A stretch of DNA of 64,000 nucleotides from an uncultured Phycisphaeraceae bacterium (GTDB taxonomy: Bacteria > Planctomycetota > Phycisphaerae > Phycisphaerales > UBA1924), in assembly GCA_964615765.1 (NCBI GenBank), contig CAZTQN010000004.1:44291-108290 (forward strand), in the 5' to 3' direction. Positions 9,012-18,831 of the stretch are shown one piece after another. The position numbers and the translations under genes were made by a program. Each line of letters starts with the position of its first letter. Within the stretch, counting starts at the first letter, position 1. The notes under the pieces are model-generated. The model had not been told where the DNA came from and ran no database searches. It saw nothing but the letters and a program-made list of their open reading frames with translations.

Positions 9012-9176
9012 CGGTAGGGCCGAGAGAGTCCAAGGGGGCGGGCGGCTTGATCGGCGCGGGGAACGCCCCTTTACTTTCGGCCCTGCTCGGCGCGCCCGGT
9101 GCGGGCCGGCATCCGGTCGGCCCGAGTGTTCCGGCAGGGACCAGGCACCACGTTCAACAGGGAATCAGAGGTATTC

Positions 9177-9509
9177 ATGGCGATCCGGATCAAAGCGCGG
9201 AGCGGGGAATCGGCGGAGCAGATGCTGCGGCGCTTCAAGAAGCTCTGCGAAAAGGAAGGCCTGGTCAAGGACATCAAGCGGAAAGAGTACTACGAGAAGC
9301 CCTCCGAGCGGGCCCGCCGCACCGTGCGCAAGGCCATCGGTCGGCGCCTCCGCGAGGCCATGGGCCCCATCGCCCCCAAGGGCAAGGGCGGCAAGGGCGG
9401 CCCCGGCGCTGAACGCCGTGGCGGCGGCGGCGGTGGTGGTGGTGGCGGCGGCTTCGGGGGCGGGTTCGGTGGTGGTGGCGGCGGCGGATTCGGCGGCGGC
9501 GGGTACTGA
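9177..9509 (+). CDS. rpsU: 30S ribosomal protein bS21 with Gly/Phe-rich C-terminal extension
   Basis: AGAGG lies 7 nt upstream of ATG 9177. MAIRIKARSGESAEQMLRRFKKLCEKEGLVKDIKRKEYYEKPSERARR is a canonical bS21 core. The tail is KGKGGKGGPGAERRGGGGGGGGGGGFGGGFGGGGGGGFGGGGY. Confidence 0.9.
   Translation: MAIRIKARSGESAEQMLRRFKKLCEKEGLVKDIKRKEYYEKPSERARRTVRKAIGRRLREAMGPIAPKGKGGKGGPGAERRGGGGGGGGGGGFGGGFGGGGGGGFGGGGY
9420..9506 (+). repeat. GGN/TTC trinucleotide tract encoding the poly-Gly/Phe tail of bS21
   Basis: The sequence ggcggcggcggtggtggtggtggcggcggcttcgggggcgggttcggtggtggtggcggcggcggattcggcggcggcgggtac lies in frame with rpsU. Confidence 0.85.
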
Positions 9510-9568
9510 TCCCGGCTTGACCGCCAGACCGGTCCCCACCGCGTCGCCGGTGAACAAATCAGGAACAC

Positions 9569-9611
9569 ACATGAGCGTGCGGCTGCCCCAGGGAAGGCCG
9601 CACGCTCATGT
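9569..9611 (+). terminator. Perfect 15-bp stem-loop downstream of rpsU (terminator-like, no U-tract)
   Basis: acatgagcgtgcggc (9569-9583) pairs perfectly with gccgcacgctcatgt (9597-9611) across a 13-nt loop. No T-run follows, so termination is plausible but unproven. Confidence 0.45.
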
Positions 9612-9853
9612 CACGCGCGCTGGCCCCGGCTTTGGGTTTGCCCCGGGTCCGCAGCGATTGCTGAATCGGCCGCTCGATCGCCGACACTGAGTGCCAACAA
9701 TCGGCCCCTCGCCGCGCGTGTCTCACACGCGGCATCGAAGGCCGCGCTGTGGTAGTCTGACGACCCCGCGCGGGCCGGCTCTGCCGGCGAGCGGCTGTCA
9801 CAACTTCCCGCCCCGCCCCGCGGTGCGGAGAACCCGTTTTCGGAGGACGGACC

Positions 9854-12703
<2,850 letters not shown>

Positions 12704-12776
12704 CGCCCGCCCCGGCGCGGCGGATTTTCGCCCTCCCGCCTCCCGCGGGCCGCTCGGCGGGCAACAATCGAGCGGC

Positions 12777-14906
12777 ATGCCCCCTTCGTCACCCGCACCC
12801 AAGCCCGCGATCAACCCGGCGCACCCGCGCCCGGTTGGTCGCGGGCTTTTCTTCTGGGTGACGGCGGCCGCGCTCGCAACCCACGCCGCCCAAGCCACCT
12901 CCTCCGCACAGCCCTCCGAGCCGCCGCCAGCACAAGCCCCCGCCCAGCCCGATCGCGAGCGGCTCGAGGCCGATCGGTTCCTGACGGTGCTCGCGGCGGT
13001 CGACACGCCGCCCGAAGCCCGCCGCGCCGCCGCGGCCGAACTGCTTCGTTTCAACACCGGCGCGAGCGTCGCCGGCGTGCTGGCCATCCTCGAAGCGGCC
13101 CGCGCCGCGCCGAGCGCCGCGGGCTCCGAGGCGGCCCTGGCGATCGCGACGGCCGCCGCCGACATTCCCGTGGCCCCGCCGCGCCTGCTCCCCGCGCTGC
13201 AGGCCATCGCGCAGTCCCCCCCATCGCTGCCGCCCGCGGCGCCCGGTCAGGCCGCCGGCAACGACGGCGCGGCCCAGCGTCTCCGCATCGCGGCGATCTC
13301 CGCGATCGGCTCGATCCGCACGCGCCCCGCGCTGCGGGCCTTAGTCTCGATCGCGGGCGACGCGTCAACCCCGCCGGACGCCGTGCAGGCGGCGTATCGG
13401 GCGCTCACCCGCGCGTCGGGGCGCGAGGACATCGAGCCGGCGGCGGGCGCGTGGAGCGCGTGGGTGGCCCAGGTGGAATGGCTGACGGAGGCCGAGTGGC
13501 GCCGCGTGCTCGCCGAGAGCCTCGCCGAGCAGGCCGACCGGGCCGTGCGTGTCCGCGCCAGCGCGACGACGCGCCTGGTCGAGTACGTGCGGCGCGAGTT
13601 CGAAGCCTCCCCGCCCGAAGACCGCGGGCGACTGCTCGAGCGGGCCATGCGCGACGACGTTCCCGCGGTGCGGCGGACGGGCTTCCAACTGGCGATGGGC
13701 GAACTGGCCAACTCGCGCACGCTCGACGCACGCGTCGCCAAGGCCGCGCTCGATCTCCTGGGCGAGCGCGATGTGCCCACGCGTCGCGCCGCGGCGGAAC
13801 TGCTGAACATCACGGCCCCGCCCGAGTTCGCGCAGCGCATCGCCGCCGCGCTGATCCAGGAGACCGACGCGACCACCGCGGCGTGGCTGCTGCGCATCGC
13901 GGCCCGCCAGCCGGAAATCAGCCTGATCCCCCCGGTGATCCGCTGGCTTCAGGCCGGTCCGCCCGCCGTCGGCCCCGCGATCGAGGCGGCGGCCGCGATG
14001 CACGAACGCGGCTGGCTGGAAAGCCCCGACGATCGGCGCCGCCTGCTCGACGTCCTCCGCCGCCAGCCGCTCGACGAGATCCGCCCCGAAGGGGCCCGCC
14101 TGCTGTTCGCCATCGGCGAAGAGACCGACCGCCAGGCCGTGCTGAACGCGCTGCCGGCGCTGGAGCCCGGGCGGCGCACGGTGATCGGCGCGGCGTTGGT
14201 CAAGGAAGCCGCCGCGGTCGATCGCCTGGTCGGCATGGCCCGGACCGATCCGGCCCTGCTCATCCCCGCCATCCGCGCGCTGGGCGTGCACCGCCCGCTG
14301 GCCGCGTCGTACGAACTGGCCCGCGAGCTCGCCGGCCCGCTCGACGACGCCCGCCGCGCGGCGCTGCTCGAACTCACCGCCCGCCTGTCCGCCGGGCAGT
14401 TGCTCGCCGCCGCCCGCGGCGAGTCCGACCTTGACCTGCGCGAGGACATGCTCTCGCGCCTAACCACCGAGCCGCTGGTCCGTCGCCCGGGCCCGACCGG
14501 CGGACGCGATCCCGACCGTGTCACGTACACCCAGCAGCCCAGCGTCGTCGCGGGGTTGATGCTCCTGGCCCGCACGCGGCTTGATCTCCGCCAGCCGGCC
14601 CTGGCGATGGGCGCGCTCGACGCCCTCACGCCCAAGGCCGTCGGGCTCGATCCGTCCGAACGCGACGGGCTGCGCACCATCGCGCTGCTGTGGCTCGGCC
14701 GCCTGGACGACGCCGCGGCTCTCAAGGCCCCGCCGGAAGCCTGGTGCGAAGGGCTGGAGCGCGTCGCGGACATGCGTCACGCCGAGGCCGTCGCGGATCT
14801 GATCGTGCAGCGTTTCGGCGACGCGCTCGACGACACCAGCCGCCAGCGCATCGCCGACGCCCGCCGGCGACTGTCCGAGTTCACCGGCCCGCGCATGAGC
14901 CCGTGA
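12777..14906 (+). CDS. Ala/Arg/Leu-rich HEAT/armadillo-like repeat protein with N-terminal hydrophobic segment
   Basis: The start is ATG 12777. GLFFWVTAAALATHAAQA is signal- or anchor-like. Helical repeats recur, for example RIAAISAIGSIRTRPALRALVSIAGD and DVPAVRRTGFQLAMGEL..ERDVPTRRAAAELL. This is the longest coherent frame and the antisense ORFs are low-complexity. Function is unknown. Confidence 0.6.
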   Translation: MPPSSPAPKPAINPAHPRPVGRGLFFWVTAAALATHAAQATSSAQPSEPPPAQAPAQPDRERLEADRFLTVLAAVDTPPEARRAAAAELLRFNTGASVAGVLAILEAARAAPSAAGSEAALAIATAAADIPVAPPRLLPALQAIAQSPPSLPPAAPGQAAGNDGAAQRLRIAAISAIGSIRTRPALRALVSIAGDASTPPDAVQAAYRALTRASGREDIEPAAGAWSAWVAQVEWLTEAEWRRVLAESLAEQADRAVRVRASATTRLVEYVRREFEASPPEDRGRLLERAMRDDVPAVRRTGFQLAMGELANSRTLDARVAKAALDLLGERDVPTRRAAAELLNITAPPEFAQRIAAALIQETDATTAAWLLRIAARQPEISLIPPVIRWLQAGPPAVGPAIEAAAAMHERGWLESPDDRRRLLDVLRRQPLDEIRPEGARLLFAIGEETDRQAVLNALPALEPGRRTVIGAALVKEAAAVDRLVGMARTDPALLIPAIRALGVHRPLAASYELARELAGPLDDARRAALLELTARLSAGQLLAAARGESDLDLREDMLSRLTTEPLVRRPGPTGGRDPDRVTYTQQPSVVAGLMLLARTRLDLRQPALAMGALDALTPKAVGLDPSERDGLRTIALLWLGRLDDAAALKAPPEAWCEGLERVADMRHAEAVADLIVQRFGDALDDTSRQRIADARRRLSEFTGPRMSP

Positions 14907-14926
14907 GCGCACCGCCCCGCGGCGGT

Positions 14927-15454
14927 TCAGTACCGCAGCACGCTGTGCACCGGGCCCACGCCGCGTAAGGGTTCGCGCCCCTTCAACCCTTCGAGTTCAA
15001 TCAGCACGGCGATCCCGACGATCGACGCCCGCATCCCCTGCACCAGCTTGCAGCACGCGTGCATCGTCCCGCCCGTCGCGAGCAGGTCATCCACCATCAG
15101 CACGCGCTGCCCCGGGTGCACCGCGTCGGTGTGGATCTCCAGTGTGTCGTGCCCGTACTCGAGCTCGTACGAGATCGACGCCTTGTTCCACGGCAGCTTG
15201 CCCGGCTTCCGCACCGGCACGAAGCCCGCCGACAGCGACTGCGCCATCGCCATCCCGAAGATGAACCCGCGGCTCTCGGCGCCGACGACCAGGTCCACCT
15301 GCTTCCCGCGGAACGGGTTCACCATCAGTTCGACGGCGAGCGCCAGCCCCGCCGGGTCGCGGATCAGCGGTGTGAAGTCCCTGAACACGATCCCCGGCTT
15401 GGGAAAGTCGGGCACGTCGCGGATCAGCGCCTTGAGCCGGGCGATTTCGTTCAT
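14927..15454 (-). CDS. apt: Adenine phosphoribosyltransferase
   Basis: From ATG 15454 the protein reads MNEIARLKALIRDVPDFPKPGIVFRDFTPLIRDP...VVGAESRGFIFG...VLMVDDLLATGGT (PRPP-binding motif). The track ORF start at 15676 is an upstream extension. Confidence 0.9.
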   Translation of the reverse strand: MNEIARLKALIRDVPDFPKPGIVFRDFTPLIRDPAGLALAVELMVNPFRGKQVDLVVGAESRGFIFGMAMAQSLSAGFVPVRKPGKLPWNKASISYELEYGHDTLEIHTDAVHPGQRVLMVDDLLATGGTMHACCKLVQGMRASIVGIAVLIELEGLKGREPLRGVGPVHSVLRY

Positions 15455-15509
15455 GCGGCGAGGGTAGCGGTCATGCCCCCGCCCGTCGTCGCCCGCTACT
15501 GTTCGGGCG

Positions 15510-15833
15510 ATGAGCAAAAACGCCCCCTCGGGCAGCAAACTCGAGACCGTCGAACCGATCGGTGATCGGGTGCTGATCCGCAAGGACGACGACAAGAAGC
15601 AGACCAAGGCGGGCATCCACCTGCCCGACAAGATCGAGATCCCGACCCTTACGGGCCGCGTGGTCGCGATCAGCACGAAGGTCGACCGCGACGCGGACTA
15701 CCCGATCAAGAAGTACGACCGCGTCCTGTTCAACCCCAAGCACGCCATCCCCGTCGAGTTCGAGGGGGACAACCGCCTGTTCGTGATCCCGGTTGAGGAC
15801 GTGGTCGCCGTCTTCCGCCCCGCGGCGGAGTAA
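15510..15833 (+). CDS. groES: GroES/Cpn10-family co-chaperonin (divergent, no adjacent groEL)
   Basis: VEPIGDRVLIRKDDDKKQTKAGIHLPDK...GRVVAIS...YDRVLF...VIPVEDVVAVF follows the Cpn10 pattern (PLGDRVLV..AGGIxLP..G.VVAVG). Confidence 0.7.
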   Translation: MSKNAPSGSKLETVEPIGDRVLIRKDDDKKQTKAGIHLPDKIEIPTLTGRVVAISTKVDRDADYPIKKYDRVLFNPKHAIPVEFEGDNRLFVIPVEDVVAVFRPAAE

Positions 15834-15849
15834 GCCCGCGGGCGGTCGG

Positions 15850-17079
15850 TCACGCCGCGCCCGGCGCCGGGCCCAGCGTTCGCGTCACGATCACGCTCAT
15901 CGGCGCGATCACGTACTTTGCGCGGCAGCGCACGCCCACCAGCCGGTTGATCGACGACCCCGCCCGCTCCGCCGCCCGCGCGATCAGTTCGCCCGTCCGC
16001 GGATACGCCGGGTCGGCCCCGAGCAGTTCCGGACCCAGCGGCTCGATGTCCGTCAGGTCGTACATGTACGCCGGGTCGTCGTTCGAGACCGGCTGCATCG
16101 GGTGCCCGGTCGACGCGTCGAAGCACTGCATCTTCAGCGACTGCCGGAACGTCGCGCTCTCGGCCAGCGTCTTGTCCATCAGGCAGTCGATCAGCAGCGT
16201 CTCCGTCGGGATCAGGCAGTTGAACGCGATCTGGTTGAACCAGTTGCGGTCTTCCATGTACCGGGGGTTTTCGTACGACGGCATCCCGGTGAACACGATC
16301 GTCGACGCCGCGGCGTGCCCCACCGGGCCCGCCTTCAGCACCACCCACCCGCGGTGCCGATCGATCAGATATTCCAGGTCGTCCGCCGTCGCCGTGGACA
16401 GATCGGGCTCGAGCCGGAACTTGTCCGCCATGAACGAGCGCATCAGGGCCGCGTCCATGTCGGGCGAGCCGTCGTCGTTGGTCGGGGCTTCGAGGTAAAA
16501 CAGGCGGCTGCGATGCCCGGCCCGGATCCGCGTCACGTTGCGCAGGCACTGGTACGACGCCATCGAGACGCGGTCGGCCCGCCCCTGGCGCGACGGCGCG
16601 AAGATGATCCCGCGGATCTGCGTCTCCACCCGCGCGCCCAGCAGCGCGCACTGGGCCCGGTGCGCGTCCCGGCGCAGGTCCTCCGTCCGCGCTTCCATCT
16701 CCCCCCGGTCCCACGTCGCGGCCAGGAGCGCCAGCGTCGGCCGATCGCGTGCGTGCGTCTCGATGGCCCGGTCCAACCGCTCGATCGCTTTGCGGAGCGG
16801 GTTGAGGTCGTCCGCCGGCACACCGTTCGGGCCCGCCGCACTGGCTTCCACAAACAGGCTCAGCCCCCGCGCCCCGGGCATGACGGCGAGCCCCGCCGAC
16901 GCCTGCGGCTGGCAGGCGATCGTCGACACCTGCCAGGCCAGTTGCCGGTTGACCCCGAGCCGATTTCCGATCGACGCGCCAGATCGTGGGTCCAGCCCGA
17001 GTATCTGCAGAGCGCGAAGCACCTCATACCGCAGTGTGGTGTACGCCTCATCAAGCTCGGATAGGGCAAAGTCGGGCAT
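15850..17079 (-). CDS. Hypothetical protein, 409 aa, no recognisable family
   Basis: The start is ATG 17079. The amino-acid composition is balanced (Y, F, N, I, K, M, C all present), unlike the overlapping Arg/Gly/Pro-rich ORFs 15698..16714 and 15793..17064. I recognise no motif. The N-terminal ~60 aa (TLRYEVLRALQILGLDPRSGASIGNRLGVNRQLAWQVS) could be a winged helix. Confidence 0.65.
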   Translation of the reverse strand: MPDFALSELDEAYTTLRYEVLRALQILGLDPRSGASIGNRLGVNRQLAWQVSTIACQPQASAGLAVMPGARGLSLFVEASAAGPNGVPADDLNPLRKAIERLDRAIETHARDRPTLALLAATWDRGEMEARTEDLRRDAHRAQCALLGARVETQIRGIIFAPSRQGRADRVSMASYQCLRNVTRIRAGHRSRLFYLEAPTNDDGSPDMDAALMRSFMADKFRLEPDLSTATADDLEYLIDRHRGWVVLKAGPVGHAAASTIVFTGMPSYENPRYMEDRNWFNQIAFNCLIPTETLLIDCLMDKTLAESATFRQSLKMQCFDASTGHPMQPVSNDDPAYMYDLTDIEPLGPELLGADPAYPRTGELIARAAERAGSSINRLVGVRCRAKYVIAPMSVIVTRTLGPAPGAA

Positions 17080-17236
17080 GCGGTCGACCCGGGCGGGACG
17101 CGCCAGTTATAGCCGGCGGCCGGAAATGGTTGAATCGGCCCGCCCCGACTTTTCGATCAGTACTGATGGCATTCGTGACGGATTCAAGTATACTCCAGCC
17201 GGCCGGAATCACCAGGAATCCCATCAGGAGGCACCG

Positions 17237-18784
17237 ATGACGAGCAGGATCACCGGAGCGCGACACCGCCGAATGTGCTTTGCCTGCGGGGCGGGATTCC
17301 TGCTGGTTGCCGCTGCGCAACCCCTTTCCGCACAGACGTTTATCCGCCCCATTGTCACGGAACTTGAGTCGTCTCCCACGGTCCTTCAGGCTGAGCCGCT
17401 GATTACGGTGAGCGCCCTGCTGCAGAGCGAAATCTCGTGCAGCCCGAACGGGCTGTACTGGGGCTGCGAGGTCTTCACAGAGGTTGGCACTCCTCCGGCG
17501 GTCACCACCGCCGATGCCGCCATCAGCGGCACTCGGGCCGGGGTGTCCTGGTATGTCGCCCGCGGCCAGAACATCCCCGGGCTTGGCGTGGCCACGGACA
17601 CCGGCGGGATCGATGAGCGTGTGCTCGTGAACAACGCGGGCGATGTCAGCCTGTCGTGCAACCTGACGGGCCCGACCTCGACCGACGAAGCGATTATCCG
17701 CTGGACCCGCGCGACGGACACATACCAGTTCACGGCCCGAGAGGGCTCGACGATCGGTGTGTTTCCGGGTGAGACATACGGCCTGAACATGGTGCAGCGC
17801 GCGTTCCTCAACGACGGACGCATCGCGTTTTTCAACTCCAGCACGAACGGCGTGCTCCCGAGTTCAGCGGACGACTTTCTCTTCCTGAGCGGCAACCCGC
17901 CGACCGTGGTCGCGCAGAACGGCGGGGCGACGCCCGTGGGCCAGTCGTTCACCCCGCCGTCGGTGATCACGGCGCTCGAGGACGAGTTCGCCGTGAACGC
18001 CACGGGAACGCGGTCGATCTACACCGCGCTGGTCGGGGTCGGGGCGGCGGCGCGCGAGGTCGCGGTCGTCGACGGGAACGTCGTGCTCGAGATCGGGCAG
18101 AACCTGCCCGGGATCACCGGCACGTTCACGCGGATCGACACCATCAGCGATGTGCGGATGAGCGCGAGCGGGCGGTGGGCGGCCCACGGGCGCGCGTCGG
18201 ACGGCGTGACCACCCCGGGCCCGAACTACCTCGTCGTCGACGGACAGGTGCTCTTCAGCGGCGACGTGACCATGCCCGGCGGGTTCGCCGGCGAGGCGGT
18301 GATCTCCGTCATCGACCTCGGGTTCACGACGCAGGGCGATCTGTGGTACGGCGTGGTCACCAGCTTCGGCCGCTCGGTGGTGATGGTCATCCCGGTCGCG
18401 CCCGGCAGCCCCCCCATCACCGCGTTCGAGACCGGCTCCGCCCTCGACCTCAACAACAACGGCGACCCGTTCGACGATCAGGCGACCGTCACGGGGATCT
18501 TCTCCGCGGCCCTCGCGGACGACGGCACGCTGTACCTGATCACCCGCAACTCGGCCCCGGTGTCGCAGTTCCAGTTCGACGTCATCGGGTGGACCACCGT
18601 CGATCTGCCGGTCGTGTGCCGGGCCGACATCAACGGGCAAGGCGGGATCACCGTCCAGGACATCTTCGACTTCCTCGCGGCGTGGTTCGCCGGCGGGGCG
18701 AGCGGCGACTTCAACGGGCAGGGCGGGATCACGGTGCAGGACATCTTCGATTTCCTCGCCGCGTGGTTCGCCGGCTGCCCGTGA
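17237..18784 (+). CDS. Secreted protein with two C-terminal dockerin-like repeats ending ...WFAGCP (GC-type dockerin)
   Basis: AGGAGG (17225-17230) lies upstream of ATG 17237. The signal peptide is MTSRITGARHRRMCFACGAGFLLVAAAQPLSAQ. The C-terminus is CRADINGQGGITVQDIFDFLAAWFAGGASGDFNGQGGITVQDIFDFLAAWFAGCP. The part of track ORF 16538..18784 upstream of 17237 is antisense to the neighbouring gene. Confidence 0.8.
   Translation: MTSRITGARHRRMCFACGAGFLLVAAAQPLSAQTFIRPIVTELESSPTVLQAEPLITVSALLQSEISCSPNGLYWGCEVFTEVGTPPAVTTADAAISGTRAGVSWYVARGQNIPGLGVATDTGGIDERVLVNNAGDVSLSCNLTGPTSTDEAIIRWTRATDTYQFTAREGSTIGVFPGETYGLNMVQRAFLNDGRIAFFNSSTNGVLPSSADDFLFLSGNPPTVVAQNGGATPVGQSFTPPSVITALEDEFAVNATGTRSIYTALVGVGAAAREVAVVDGNVVLEIGQNLPGITGTFTRIDTISDVRMSASGRWAAHGRASDGVTTPGPNYLVVDGQVLFSGDVTMPGGFAGEAVISVIDLGFTTQGDLWYGVVTSFGRSVVMVIPVAPGSPPITAFETGSALDLNNNGDPFDDQATVTGIFSAALADDGTLYLITRNSAPVSQFQFDVIGWTTVDLPVVCRADINGQGGITVQDIFDFLAAWFAGGASGDFNGQGGITVQDIFDFLAAWFAGCP
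18632..18775 (+). repeat. Two 63-bp dockerin-repeat coding units (18632-18694, 18713-18775)
   Basis: The units differ at 5 of 63 positions (caa/cag, acc/acg, gtc/gtg, gac/gat, gcg/gcc). All differences are third-position and synonymous, so both encode NGQGGITVQDIFDFLAAWFAG. Confidence 0.9.
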
Positions 18785-18831
18785 GGCGGCGGGCGGAGCG
18801 ATCGGGCGCACGAATCAACAGGAGAAGGACG

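Noticed and set aside
9047-9075. Sigma70-like promoter guesses: TTGATC-N17-TTTACT upstream of rpsU, and similarly ATGGCA-N17-TATACT at 17166-17194
   Set aside because: Each hexamer matches only 4-5 of 6 positions, and planctomycetal promoter consensus is not established. They cannot be supported without transcript 5'-end data.
14911-14926. accgcc-ccgc-ggcggt hairpin between the convergent HEAT-like and apt genes as a bidirectional terminator
   Set aside because: The stem is only 6 bp and there is no U-tract on either strand. It was noted but not called as a feature.
16538-17236. Upstream 233 codons of track ORF 16538..18784
   Set aside because: This part is antisense to the 409-aa gene and crosses the AT-rich intergenic region. 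A strong AGGAGG-ATG start with a signal peptide at 17237 defines the real gene.
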